Positions 1 to 14,973 of a stretch of 44,146 nt of DNA are shown one piece after another. Every line of letters begins with the position of its first letter. The stretch's first letter is position 1. Location of the stretch: NCBI GenBank assembly GCA_000934665.2, contig JYFJ02003269.1:1-44146 (forward strand), read 5' to 3'. The stretch comes from Catajapyx aquilonaris. Its lineage: Eukaryota. The position numbers and the translations under genes are program-made. Under the pieces are notes generated by a model. It searched no databases and had not been told where the DNA came from. It worked only from the letters and a program-made list of their open reading frames with translations.

Positions 1-3000
1 CTTGTCAATGCCGGTAACGCGATTTATTTCACTTCTGTGCCATATACCACGAAGCGTAAAGCCAGGTGATGTGGAACATTGCAAAATAGATTTTTTTTTT
101 ATAGAAGATGACCGGACGTAGATCACATTGCATGGGAAGGGGAAATTAACGGACGCAAGTTATGGACACTTAACACTCAGGATGACCAGTTTCAGGAGTT
201 CGTGACAATGGTACGGAATAGTGTGAATAACTCCAGAGGCATCTGCTGGGTTGTGAGAACTTTAGAAGGACATGACGCTTCTACGTTTGCTCATAACATA
301 AAATCATGGTATGATCGGTCGCGGATGCATACACTTTTAATTTATGGCACAGACATTATGAAGATCAGTCACATCATTCAGCACATCCAGTCATCCCAGC
401 CTTTCAAATGAATGTTTCCGTTATACCTTTGAGCATGATATAATACTCACTATATTATTATTAATCAACGTTGCAGATGACTTGCGAATGTCCATCTGTG
501 CTACCCTATCGGAAGTGAATTATACAGTATGCCTACAGAACTTTCTGTGCCATGTTTCTAAAACGAAAATACAAGTGAAAAATGGGCTAAGACACGACGA
601 CAAGCAGTTTCAAAAATCATCTTGTAATGAATAATAAAAAACAGGTCCAGTTATAGGTTCACCCGTTTCACCTGTATGCCTGGGCATAATCCATTTTCAT
701 CAAGGTAATGCCCAGTACATATTATACCCAGCAATGTATGTAACGCATACACCGACTTACTACTGGATCGATATGAAATCCGACCATAAATTCGGTGGAT
801 TAGAACCTTCAGCCATGTTCGTACCTGAGTGAGATTGCATCTTTAGACATAATTATGAGCAAGCATATGAGAGTATATACCTCAGTTATAACAGGATGAA
901 GATAATGGAGTTACCCCTTCATTATTCTCAATGTAATTATGTAGTAAATGTGAAGCTGCCTCTACGTGCCGTGTTGTTTCATGCTGCATGCTTCCCTAAT
1001 TTCTGGCTCGTGACTACAGCGTACAAAATATGAAATCCCTTCATATACGATTATACGCACATATACGTATAGGCACAGAATGAGGTTCGTTTCAACTGGG
1101 ATTTCAAATTCGACACACTCTTCCCATCCCATACAATTCGTATAATGTTGCCGTTACCCACCATTACCTATATCTGACAAGGTAACTGCTCCCAGGGGCC
1201 AAAAAAAAAAACACAGCAAGTAAAACTGAACACTCCAAGTGGGTTTTTAAAAAAGGGTGTGGACATGGGCGCTGAAATGACCTCTGGGCCTCAATTCAAC
1301 CCAAACGACATTAATATGATATCATGCAAATGCGCATCATACTGGGGCTTTCAAAACTGATTTCCATGAGCACACGTAGAGAGGCGCAAAACCATCAGGC
1401 GCCTTCTGAATTCATTCAATTACACCCGGATGATGGTCCTAATTCGGGCAACCAATTAAACAGCCCCCTCCTCTGTTGTACCCCCTCCTTTCATCAATTA
1501 CCGCGGGTGTATACCTCCGGGATGGACATCACGCACCCGTGACACCAACGACACCATCACATATTCACACACACCAAGCACACCACTGCAAACGGGCCGA
1601 TTCCCAATAAATCCCTGAAAGAGACACAAAAGCGGTCGTCGCAACACCAGCTAGTCCCAAGGGTCCGATCAGTACTATTAATCGAACCAGAGGGTTCGCT
1701 AACTGTCTATTGTTTTGGTACGATGCCCACTGGGACTCAACTGCTGGGGTATGCACACAGGCGTCTAAAGCACACCTATATAGTATGCATACATAATAGA
1801 TGGGCCTGGCTGGCTTGCCTCCGCGCTGTCTTATTCGGTGCAACAGGCCTGCAGGTCGTCATTTCTGCTCTACCGTATGTAATGTTGTGATTTTTTTAAA
1901 AGGAGGCGAGCTGGAAACAACTGCTGTACCGAGAATAAACAATGCTAATTTTGGCCTGAAAAAATGGGTTGGCGTTCGATGACAGTTATTCAAATTGGAT
2001 AAACGTGGACAGATGGGGCCTAATATTAGTTACTAATACTTCTGATAACCATACTAACAGTATGCTTATGTCAAAAAATTACTAAGGACAAGATCATCTA
2101 AATTGGAACACCATGTATAGCAGGCAAGTTGATTGTCCTCATACATACCTGACAATGCATATACAAGGGCATAAAGCAGCTCATACTGGGTAAAAATATG
2201 GAGACATATAAGAGCTGGGTTTATTGACTTGTGTGCTGAAGTTAAACAAGAATTAATCATTATGGTAGAGGTGTACTTTCTCATTTCATTGTCGGCTGGT
2301 CTGCTGGGCTTGAATCATGATTGTAGTTGGGATCGCCCCGAGTGTTGTTGTCTGAATACAGGATTACAAACACGTAGGGTATAGGTCCACATCATGCTGC
2401 ACGCCGCCGTGGGCTAGTAAATATTTGTCCTACAGGCAATATGCAGTTTGTTTTATGCGTTATCTCTTGGCCCTTCATATTTGCTCTGCCATCTCCACAA
2501 CAATCATGCCGATTATTTATGCGAAAATTTGCTTAACGTACCTCAATTTTTTGGGTATTTTTTTGGTTCTCGTCGTAACATTGCACCCCTTTGCCTCACT
2601 GGATACCTGCACTTTCGTGGCAGATATTTTGATTCCAAAGGTCCATATCGTGTCATATAACATTCCAGATTCGGATTATTGAGTAGACATTGTTGCGTAA
2701 TGATCCTGACAAAATAAATGGCATTTGTGGAAATTCTTTTCACTCACAAGTCAGTAGTTGATGACTACCTTTTACAGGGATTTGTCGGTTACACAGTCTA
2801 GTTTTTGAGGTGTTTTCAAGTCTAGGCGTGTAATATATTGAGAGGCATGCAAACCCTTGCAAGAGTGCCTCATTAATACAAAATTCAGTATTCACATGTA
2901 GCCTGCATGTAGCTTTGTAGTTTAAATTAAAGCCGGGCAAGTGTCAGCCGCCAAGACAGTAAAAGTGTCAAACACAAGCTTCATCATGTAAATGTACATT

Positions 3001-6000
3001 ACGTGCTGTACTTTGCATAAGTAAATTATCTTAGTATAAAGAGGCTACTCCGACCAAATGGACAACTCTTCACAAAGTGTCCCTCTTGTAAGCAAGCATA
3101 GTCCTAAATGATTGTCAGTATCATTACGAGACACCTTGTAAAACTCATGCGGTATGTGTGCATGGTGCATAGTGTCAATTCACAATATTTGTATACAAAT
3201 GTAGTGCAGACTGTGTAGTACTGTACAAAATAATATGACGTGACGCCTACCGTCCTTTCAGATAACCCACTCTTGTGAGAAGATATTCTTCAGTACGCAG
3301 AGTGATGCGACGTACAGTTACCTAAATATTATGTAACGGTTCTGTATGCACAGCACCATCGTTTCCCATGTATTCTGCCCGGATTCCCTCGGGTTATCCG
3401 CCTGTAACCGTATGACTCTCGTTGCAGTGGAGGTGAACAGCCCGCAGTGCCATTTATTCCCACCTCAGTTGGACTACAGTCCTCTTTTGTGACTTTATAC
3501 TGTATACAAGTACAAAATAAAAGTGATAGCAAAAAACTACAAGATTCAGTGAAGACACAGCAGGTATAATGATATGTCTCCAACTTCTATGACGTATATG
3601 TGAGACGCAGTTCCAGTGCCATTAAAGTTCAATTTAACGTTTACAAATAAAGGTATGAATAACAACAAAACCTCTGCAAGAGAAGCACCATTTCAGTCTA
3701 AAACTGTAGTCTTCAATGACTATCAAGGTTTCAAAATTCTGTAGCCTACAGTATGTTCATATTATACATTTTTCATAATGAATTCCATTGATACATTAAC
3801 GGGATCTCTCTGCTCGTCGCAGAAATGCTAGATATGAGAATAATATTTTGTGACGAGACAAAAGTTGAGTTTAGCACTGAGTAGCGCACAATTTGCCGAG
3901 GGGCTGAAGGAAACATTATGCTAATACGTATAGGTAAAATACCGGTACTGCATCATTAGAAATATATCCACTAGCTGCTCTTCCCCACTCTTTAGTTTTG
4001 TGTTTAAAATATTTAGCAAGAACAATGTTATTTTGTGGATTAAAATAAATGAAAAGTTTTTTTATTTCATTATGCAGAATACTGAAATTATAATACGAGC
4101 TCCTATATATACTGTACACTGTATAGGCTGCGTAACTTCCCGAAGTTATATCATTAGATGTTGAATTTATACTTAGATATTCTTACCATGAGTAAATGTA
4201 TGAGAAGGCCCAACTTGTGAGCTACACTGTCTCTCAAAAAGTATACAGATCCTTGTCCTCATAACTATACGCAGTAACTTCTAAGATCAAATAAAAGAGA
4301 ACGCCTACTTGACGTGAAGTGGAACAAGCATACAGATACAGAGTGGTCAGTAATTCCCTCGTGGAAACTATTTTCTGTTGGGGGATTGTTTTGGCTCTAA
4401 CAAGACCAAATAATATTGGTCCGTATAATTTTATCCTGGGAGAATCTGATAATGAAGTCATGTTAAGACAATAGGAGTTATATCATCACCCGTGTGTCGC
4501 CATTATTATTTTAATTGATTCCAAACTGATAAATGGAATTGTATAATTCCGTTGTGTGACATTTCTATCGAATTGAATTGAATTCAAATGTCAATGAATT
4601 GAATTGATTACTTTAAATTCAAATAATCAACTGGACTGGGAATTTAACACAATTCGGAATTGAATTGGCCCATTAATGTTGTTTTTGCTCCCGAGTGTAC
4701 TTACAGTGAATGATGTAGTCAGAACCTTTGAGTGATTGCGGATACTGAGTCGCACCCCCACATCACTAGATTGAGGAGAAGTGCAAATGTCGACGCATGT
4801 TATTAAATCGCCGCGGCACATGTCCAGCAGTAAACCCGTCCGCACGTGTCTTTGAAGAAGAGTCCACATCATCACCAGTGATGTCCAGCATCGGTTGGGA
4901 TGGGGGTTAGGGCAAGGATGGAAGTGCGGGTGAGGGTTGGTCGAGCAAGGTCGGGCCGTAAAAAAACCAGAGCCAAAGTAAACCTCCGACGTGGTCCATA
5001 CGAGCAGGTCATATAAAATCGATGCACGGTGAAGTGCTGAGGACGGATTCATGACAGTGATGACGCGAAGGCAAACAAGCCGTCGGGAATGCCAATTTGT
5101 GTGTGTCCTACCCTAGCTGCACTATCGCTTGTCCCCGCCTTGCTTGGCAGCTGGACCACTCCGCTAATGAGCCCTCCTGGGGGTCGTTTATTTCTCCACA
5201 CTTTTTTTCAGTACAAGAACACAATCAGACGTGCGATCGTTAAAGCCCACCTCATTTCTTTCCCACCCTTTGACTGCAAGATGAGAGTACCCCCCTTATC
5301 TCATAAAGGTGCATCAAAATATGGGATGGAAAGAAATATGTTCGTGTCCTTCTCTAGAGAGAAATAATGTATGCTGCATGATGCAATGAATACTGAACAG
5401 AAAATCTAACCATTTCATCATGCGAATCAATTCATTCCCCGACCACTTCCGGTTACGATTGACTGACTTTTTCAACTAGCTCTTTTACAATCAGGTTTCC
5501 AGCATATACCAGCAGTCACTGCCAGTAATCCATTATGCTACAGCTTCCCACGTGCGATGGATCGCTTGGCTATAATGGGAGAAAGGAGTGAATGCCTATA
5601 TTATCCATTCATTCAGCCAAACTCCGGTGGGGATTTTCGTAGTTTCATGGCGGTTGGGAGCTGTCAGGAGAGCCCAAAATGTCAACGACTGTATTCCAGT
5701 GCAGTCCGTCATGTGCGAGGGATAATCTAAATTAACATATACGGTAATTTTACAAGTAATATATGCAAACTCCTTTCTCTCCTCGTTGGGTATGTCTTGC
5801 TCTGTTGGAAGTAAGACAACATGAAAACCCTGGTATTTGTGCTGCATGAGACAGCACATGCGTACCGTACATGAGCCGTGAATTCGTATTAAAATGGGCA
5901 AAGAGTAAGAACAACACAACAAATTCATCACGGCTGATGCCCCAGTTTTTGTTTTATTTTTCAAATTACGCGTATTGCTATAAGTAACATTAAATATCGG

Positions 6001-6675
6001 TACATATCGATTTGTTCTCGTAAAAATATTGGTGCTGGACAAAACAGCCGATCATAAAAATTCACAAGCCTTCTAATAATCCATCCACACACATTACCTT
6101 ATAAACAGTAAGCTAACACTTGGTAAAGAGAAAAAATCAATATTATTCATCGAGCAGCATTGGAAGAATGTACGGTCTAATACTCATTAATATTAACAGT
6201 GCTCTCGTCCTTCCAATAAAAAAGTAATCCCCAGCCTGATTCGCCAAAAATTGCTGGGTTAGAGTGATGAAGATCCGCTCTAGAGTTCGTGAAGTACCGG
6301 TCATTTCTCGCATTGCATTTCCTACCGCACTTTGGCACGTACCGGCAAATGCGGAAGCGGACCTTTAATGAAAGTAGGAGAATTTAAAACTATCGTCGAA
6401 TTCGCATCACCCTGGGAATGGAAATGAGAGTCGGCAAGGTTTCGGATGATCCTAAACGGGCAAGGATCCAAAAATCAAAAATGGGGAAATTAGGCGGAAT
6501 TTGAAGCAGATTCGTTCTCTATCCTTTCCTTTTACCTTACACCCATCGTCTTTCATCCCCTCCTTCTTCTGGTCCCAAAAAACGGGCGTTTGGCGTTGAA
6601 CAAGTTGTCGACAGGCTGGGAACATCGATTTGGGGAATTTATGAGGTCCTATGGCATAGGAGCCGAAGGGGGGGA

Positions 6676-6722
6676 GAGAAAAAGAAGAGAAAGATGGAGA
6701 GAGAGAGAGAGAGAGAAAAAAA
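6676..6722. repeat. GA-rich microsatellite / polypurine tract
   Basis: gagagagagagagagaga within a purine-rich run. Confidence 0.8.
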
Positions 6723-9700
6723 AGGTGGAAGGGCGATAGTTGCCGGCTTCTTCGCCATTTCATTCTACCCCCAACCAGATCGAATTTTGCTGCAAGATTG
6801 AGGGGTGGAAGCACCCCCTAGGCTCTACCTTCCCAGCAAAATACGGAGGCAATTTCGCCAAGTGAAAAGACAAGATAGAAACATATTTCTCCTGCTACAC
6901 AAAAGCGTGATGACTGTCAGTATTGGGCTCGACGCCTATCACCCTCAACAGATAGACCTTCAACAGCCGCTCCTCACTGTGGACTTTGCTCGACTTTGAA
7001 CGATCCCCATCCACTGAAAGCCTCAATTAACTCCCATTCACCTCTACTGCAGTCTATACACTATATAATTACACAAGCGCGACACCGCTGAGGTTTTTTT
7101 TTTCACTTTCATATACTGCACCAAGCGACAATTTTGAGCAGGCTTTGATCGATTCATTCAACTACGGCTCAGTGCGACGTGTATAGTGTGATACTGTGAT
7201 GTAATAGGCGGCAGAAAGGTGGCCGAAAGCTTGACATTATTGCCCTTACAGTCAATTCTGTAAAAATCGAATTACGTGTTAATATTAATGGGGCTCAAAG
7301 GATCATTCCGAATAGGGGTAAGTATCAAACCTGACATTTTCCAAACGTGTCAAACAGTTAACGCTCGTGTATGCGGTGGATTTCACTGAACCTCTCCGCA
7401 GACTTACCGGTAACCAGTATATACGTAGGAAGGTGGTATATGTGTGTTATTAAACAATTCGTGCGAAAATTTAAAATCCTCATAATTATAGTTCTATCGA
7501 AACTCCACACCTTTCAGAAACACCGTTTGCATGCAGTATTTGTTTTTACAATTAAATAATTAGCACCAATGTCGTCTTTCGCCCCTCATAAGTTGTAGAC
7601 AATTTCTTCTATACTTTTTAAAATTCGCTTAATTTTTTAAAATCAGCTTAAGATCTCAAGGGGTTGTGCTACTAAAACTTGGATAGCACTTTGGACTAAA
7701 GTGAGTGACTGCTTGCATACAGCGTGGATGAGATGACTTCCAAAATTGAATCGAAGCCCAGGTGACGTTTCTGATTCTGGTTATAATAATAATTTAACGC
7801 ACATTTGATCTTATCCGTGTTTTTGAATGATTTTTCATGCGACATATATCGCAGGTAGGAATTGAGGGAAGCTATTTCGTCCTCATTGAAGGTATAATTT
7901 ATTATCCTGTATGTAGTATGGGAAGACCTCAGAACACGTCAGTCCAGACGAGAGGCTCCATTATACAAGTACTACCTGGTCAATCGCTGTTTAAATCAAT
8001 CACAGTGTCATAGTTTCAAAATATTAATTAATTCCGGTGTGTAACTTCATCATGATAAACGAGCATATTACGAGAAATACCTGAATGTTACAATAAAAAG
8101 AACTATAGTGCCATCCTGAGTTACTTATAGTTTGCCGACATTTCTTCACTTCCCCTGGTGTTGTAACTGTAATTGTACACTGAAAAGGACAGTGTACTCA
8201 GCGTTTGAGAGCTTTAAAATCCCTGCGTCCTTTTCTTTTTTGGGGCCAGAAAGGATTCACTTAGGTCTTAGGCCGTCGTCCCCCTTTCACCAAACAGGCT
8301 GTACTTCACTACAGTGTCTCACTAAAGAGTTAATTACGGTTGAGATGAGGGGAGCCTACACTTTAGATTAGAGGACTACAGACCCACTAAGCCCTAGGCG
8401 ACTGCCAGAGAATTAAAAGTTGCATGTGCAATGGTCAGTGTGGTGATGCACATGAAATGTTAATTAATCGTAGTTCGCAGCCACACTTTACAGAATTGTT
8501 TTGTGTTCGTTTCCACGCCAGTGTACTTGTTCGTAAAAAATCTACATGAACTTACTTGCTAAATTATTAACAACTGCATTTGCTGTAGTGATGTGTATAG
8601 CTAGCACTGTAATGCTGTGAGAATACTCGTATAATATTAACCAAACACAAACACATGAAATAATTCCCTCCGGATTTAAAAACACTATACATAGCCTACA
8701 GTCTCTCTGGATAGGCAGACTTGCTATACAATGTACTACCGTATTATTTTATGCAGACATTGTCATTATGACGTCTCACTATACCCATCAAAATAGCTGA
8801 CATATCTGTATATACATACGTAATCATATAACCCTTTCTCAAGCGAATCTTGTCTTTAATGTAAATCCACAAAAATGTGTTTCCTCCTACTTCGCTGATG
8901 CCTGCATATACCGTATGGTATTATGCATGCACCGTGTGAGTCAGAATTTAGTTCACATTCATTTCGGTTGATTACGTGGACGCTCGCTTCTGTCAACTCA
9001 CCTGTCATATTGGCGTGGAATTGTACATACCGTTGGCAATCCCATTATAAATGGCCTTTCCAACGGTGTATATGTAACACTCTCCCACTGAGGCCAGAGT
9101 CTGACAAGTGAGTGAGTTAAAGTGAGTATATCTACAAGATTTATGAAAATAGCGGATGTGAGCTCAATTTATTACACGCGGTATATAGTCAGGGTACACT
9201 TCTGTAATAATGAAAGCGATATCCTAATATAATAACGCATGAAGTATATTAGTTTTTCAATTGTGTTAAAAGTGTTTACTCTATAACATGGCATTATGCC
9301 ATGAAAGAAGTGCTGATACTACTTAATGCTGATAACACTTTTCATCATGCATTATTAATTTGTGGGATTCAGCAGGCGTGTAAGGAGCAAAATTATTACA
9401 CAACCAAACCACTTTCTGGATTTGCGCTTTTTATTAATTTTAAAGGTCAGAAAAGCTATTCGACAAAATATGAATTTTAGACACCTTGTGTCCTTAGAAA
9501 ATTGCAATTTTTTTTCTCCTGTCCGCCCCATTTTTTTGGGCTCGCCTTTTAAGTGTTATTAGTTTGGGGAATTACTGCTCGCTATAAACTGATGCGAGGG
9601 CTGCTTAGAAAGTTACTAGCATCAATATCCATTTTTTATATCACACGGGGCATTATAAAGCAGCATCCATTAGTTGCCATAACTCGCCCTTTGAGGCCGC

Positions 9701-12700
9701 GACCGAGAAGGAGGACGGGATCCGGTGAAAGAGTCCACCGAAGCGACAAAAAGATTTCTCCTCCATTTTTCCTGCGGGTTAAAGAGGTCAACAAAAATCC
9801 GCAGGAGGAAATTGAAAACCATTAAGCAGAAAGGGGCCAAAGGGATTTGTCGTAATTTGTTTTGGGACGGACGGGAACGGACGGATTAATCGGGACTTAG
9901 TAGTTATACTTTTTTTTTTCCTTTTTTATGCGGTTAGGGAATTGCCCGTGAGGGGGCGGTGGAGAAAAAAATATAAGTCACTGTAGGTTTATATGCCACT
10001 TCCCGAGATCGGAAGCAACATTTTTGAAATCCGTATTCTCGGAAATGAACACAACTCTTCCAGCCACGAGCAACCTTGTGCACGGAAATGGAAAGGGATG
10101 CTATCCAATACCCATCTATTTATCCATCAGTGAAGGATAGATGCAAGCATAGAATATCTTCTTTCCAAATCTCCCTTTAAACATGCCACTGACTCACTCA
10201 CTCTTCCATATAATAAAAAAAATGTAGAATCTGCTGTCCCCTATTTCTCTTCCCATCAGCCCCGATTCACTTTTCGAATGACGTTAGTGACTCTCCACGT
10301 ATATACGTCTCATGGATAGAATACGCTGCTCAAGGGCTTTTACCATGCAAGAAAACTGCGGAGGTATACTGTACGGAAAAAGAGTGATTCCCCTGCGACT
10401 TATATGTTCCGCCGAGCTAGAAAACCATGTGGGTGTCAGCTGCTGGAAGGATAAAAGACCTGCCTCGCTACACTACACCTCAGGGCATGAATATATTATC
10501 CCTTTTTATTAACCTCGTAAAACTGTAATGCCTTTTGTACATACGCTCAACGCGACAGCCAAGAGGTAATCGCGCCTATGTAGACCTATAAAAATGAACA
10601 GGGAGCAAACATGACCTATCAATGACCGATAAGGTGGCAATGTAACAGGTGATGTTCTCTACCTTTTTTTCCACGGAGGATAAAACTCCGTGGAACCTTT
10701 TCCCACACCCTCATTTCGATGCCGAATCGGACCTGTTCCGGTAAAGCAATTGTTCCGCGACCCAATCTGATTATGGTGAAGGCATCTGGTATTTTCCTTT
10801 CCCTCTACACAACCCTTTCTGAGTGTCGCCATTTAAGCATGAAACTAGGAGCAACCTACTCGTTAGTTGTAAAATGGGCTTCTCAAAAGTGAATTACAAG
10901 CTGATCCTTGCAGAACCAGCTAGGATCAAAGTGACCCAGTTTTCCGCAACGTATGGCCCATTGTGCAATTAAACGTCCTCTACAATATACACAAAAAAGC
11001 AGTGTAAGTCACATGGTTAGGGTATGTCGTCACGTGCCTAACAAGATTAACCTGCTGACTGGCAACTGCATAGTAATTAGACACAATGAGCTAGCTTTGG
11101 TCAATAGCCGCTCTTCTATTACTCCTTGGGTAGAGAGATACAGGCTCCAATATTGGCACATCGATCACTATTTGTCGCGCGGAGGTCCACCTCAAAGGGG
11201 GTGTTGGGAGGAAAAACAATTGCAAAATGGTGTGTTAAAAGTGCTCTCTCCCCCTTTAAATCAAAATGGCTCTCGCCCGGAGTACGTACCGGTATTTAAT
11301 TTCGGTAAAACAAATTTCATTAGAGGCGACGTAGAGCCCTCGTGGTTGGTTGAAACATATGTTTTGGGACCATAGAAGGTTCAGGGCACGTGAGAGCTCA
11401 AGTGACTCTGACTATATGGCCCTCTCTTCATGCATACATGTACCCCCCGTGGCTAACTAAAGCAGGACACGTACTATTCCGCTTTACGTAAGCGTCTGGC
11501 TTTCGGAGCACACACTCGCTACGTTAATTGCATATGAATAGATGTTAGAGTAATTAATCATTACATTATGGTGGTAATTACAATGAGAGGTTGCTACTTC
11601 CCAAGAATCAACAGTGTGGGATGCTTGCGCGGCTGCATTCTCGGAGATAACCTTGGGTAACTTATTGCGCAAATACGCCGTCCGCATTTTCTGCGGTGAG
11701 GGATACTAATGTATACAGTCGGAGCATCGCATCAACGTCTTCATTGTGTAACGAAACAAACTATTTGGTACAGTCTAGTTGGCGTATTAAATCAACGTCG
11801 TGGGGAAGTGGCTAGACCCTTAGGCCAATCACAAACGTCACGTAACAATAGCTATTACGAATTGCATTGCCATAAAAAAAAGCTGTTTTACTGTGCCCTC
11901 TCTTTTTTGGCGCGTTGAAAGGAATGTAATAGTCAGTTTTTGTGGGAATAGTACGTCGGGCGTCGTCAGATAGAAGAACAAGTAGAGGGAACATAATTTG
12001 GGCTGGGTGCCAGCACGCATTCCTCTGCCGCGAAGTCTGTTGGAAACGGGACACACTCTCCAGCTGGGAGGCACGGTACGCATTATAAATTATTAAAATT
12101 TTGCATACCCCTTTTGCGAAGTACCCGAGCCAAATGTTTTTCTGCTGACAGTAACCTGCATTTATGTGTTTGCGGGTCATTCCTGGAGGACACCGCGTTT
12201 AAAGTGCACATTAGTGAATTTTAAAAATGCAGGGTAATTAAGAACTTGTACTGTAATGTGACACTGCATGCCTGCTTTACTATTCAATTGCATAGTTAGA
12301 TGTAAATGTGGGTGTGTATGTGTGAGAGCAGCGCATTCATGATTTTTCTTGTGCAGAACTGTAATTGCACAGAGTAGTCATGAATCATGAGGATTTGAAA
12401 AAATACGCAGGATATAACAAATTACAAATTAATTATATTAGTGGTAATATTACCCTTCAGTTTTGTTGACTGATTTGTTTGTGTCAACGCTTTTAATAGT
12501 CATCATTCGTTTGTGAAATTTGTGGCAGTTCCATTTTGTGGCTTACCTAGATATGTAAAAGGCCATTATTATCGTGAGCATGCGATGTTTCATTAACACC
12601 ACCTGCGCCTTACACCTCCGAGAAAGACTTTTTCGCACATTCTCTACCCGACAAAATAATCAGGACAAATTATCACAGAGCAACTATTAAATTATAAATA

Positions 12701-14055
12701 AAGACAGCAATTTATAATTTTGTGTTACTTTTTACGGTCAACAAAGGCGGTCAGGCATTTCTCTCAATGTCATTAATATAATTTCTTTGGGGCACAGAGT
12801 TACTAATTCATATATTGAAATAACATTCATGCTGATGAAGCACAAATATTATAATTTTTGGCTGGATACTGTAATAATCACAGAGAGAAATTCTCACTGC
12901 AGCACTATCGATTATAGACTCAAACTCGATATCATAATACATGAAATAATTAATGGCCATAGTTTTTATATGTACTGTATTAAATACAATGGGATCATTT
13001 TAATAATATTTATTCTTACAACAACTAGCCGTTCATACCAAAGGACAAAGGTAACAGGTGTAACAAATTTAACTAACTGTAAATCCGCCCTTTCATAACA
13101 CTAATGAAATGCAATAACAACGCCAAATAAATGTTTCAAAAATCCAAAATGCAGTTAAAACAAAGTCCGAACATCGAGTGGTGTTTGGACGTTCCGTAAA
13201 GCTCCCCAGGGCAAGACTTAATCATCCGCAAACCCACACACGATCATTACATGCAAATGGCCTCATAATGTTTCAACTCCACTTTCCGACTCTCTTCATT
13301 GTTTATACACCTCGCCTTTCGAGTCAAGTATAACTTACTCCTCCCATGCATGCAGTAACAAGAAGAATCTGCTGAATACCCCTGGGCTCAAAACCCTAAT
13401 ATCGCCCAGGCTCTAAACAACTGCTCGATATTTATGCGCATAATAAATGATCATTGCTTTTCTCGATGGTATACCGAGTGAGACCAACCGCTGGCAAGTG
13501 GCCTTCCGAGTCGAGAAGGAAACTTTTCTTGGGCACTAGGCCAAATGTCCTGACATGTAAACACGTGGTTTTGGGTTGCCGACTAACTTCAACTCGGCTG
13601 GGATGAGGATTTTACACGGGTAAAAATTATGCCCTACGGAAGCCGACCCAGATTCTGCTATTTCCTTGGGTGCTGGCATCAGGACGACGTCGGAGTCAAT
13701 ATGAAAATATATGCCCTTCCACTTCCCCGGTCTGCCATCAATCACAATGCACTCTGAAGGGAAACTTCACCACGGGTTGCAGTTTTTGTCCCTTGCAGGG
13801 CATGTTTCCCGCTTTACTATTCACGGCTATAGTAATGCATGCTCTTCAGGAGCGGCGCAATTTTTAGGTCGAGTTTACCAAGGGGATGATGCGGTTCCAT
13901 TAGGAAATTCTGCCAGGGCGGCTTGGTGGCCTGGTCGTTTAAGGGATAGAGGCTGGGAGGTCCCCAATTCAATGCTCGAAGAAGAAAATCTTTTCTTGTT
14001 GAAGAAATACAATTTCTCACCAATTGAAATGTCGGCAGCATTTATTACAATCACT

Positions 14056-14210
14056 AAAAATGTAATACTGTACACTATTTCTGAGAATCATTAAAAATGT
14101 AATACTGCTGTACACTGTTTCTGAGAATCATTTAAAATGTAATACTGCTGTACACTGTTTCTGAGAATCATTTAAAATGTAATACTGCTATACACTGTAT
14201 TTCTAAGAAT
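14056..14210. repeat. Minisatellite, about 4 copies of a ~40-bp unit
   Basis: Unit aaaatgtaatactgctgtacactgtttctgagaatcattt, head-to-tail with no spacers; outer copies diverged. Confidence 0.93.
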
Positions 14211-14928
14211 ACAGTATAGTGGTTTTATTTAATAATGCATGAGACTATGAGAGCTATTTTTTTTTACCATACCTGACGTGTTTATGGATGTTTGCAGTAA
14301 TCTCTAAAGTTCATCAACGTACAGTTTCACATCAGTCAGGTAACAGAATACTGTATAAGGAGCACTGTTTTATTCATATCTGGATGCTTTCACATGTCTG
14401 GAATATAGGGATCACTTGTACTGTACAATATACTGGGTAGAGCTCAGCTGTGTAATTCCAGAGGGGGATATATTGAAAATCTACAGATTGTTTGCCTCAT
14501 CATCCAGTTTAAAAGGAAGATCAACAATCAAGGCCGCATTCACCCGTCATGGTTGTTGTTTCACTTTAAATGGGGTGTAAACAATGTATGATTGCGTCCT
14601 CTACCGGAATTGAACTGAGCAATGCACCATCCCCTCATGATTCCAAACTTTGGCAATTTGGGACACTTTTCACGCGCCGGTTGCAAATGGGTGTTCGTAA
14701 AAACAGACATGAGACTACATCACGTCATTTTATCATTTTCATAGCTCGTAAGTTCTGCAACCTTCAAAACTATAGTATATTATATAAGCACTATCATTCT
14801 TATGACACAATCCATGAGAAAATCAGTAGTTTCATTATTATTTTTTTGTCTCTGATGATTACTATTGTGTTAGTGCCCCTGTGTTGGGCATCTGACATCT
14901 TACCTTTATTAAATTACATTTACAAAGC

Positions 14929-14973
14929 TTTCGAGCCCGGGACCTTTCGTTAGCATTACCGCTGCGCCACTCC
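14929..14973 (-). mobile_element. Truncated tRNA-derived SINE head, same family as 40720
   Basis: Minus strand reads ggagtggcgcagcggtaa...aaggtcccgggctcgaa, versus ggagtggcgccgcggtaa...aaggtcccgggttcgat at 40728-40786. Confidence 0.6.

Noticed and set aside
14056..14210. 40-bp repeats as a CRISPR array
   Set aside because: Units are contiguous with no unique spacers, there are no cas genes, and the DNA is eukaryotic; it is a minisatellite.
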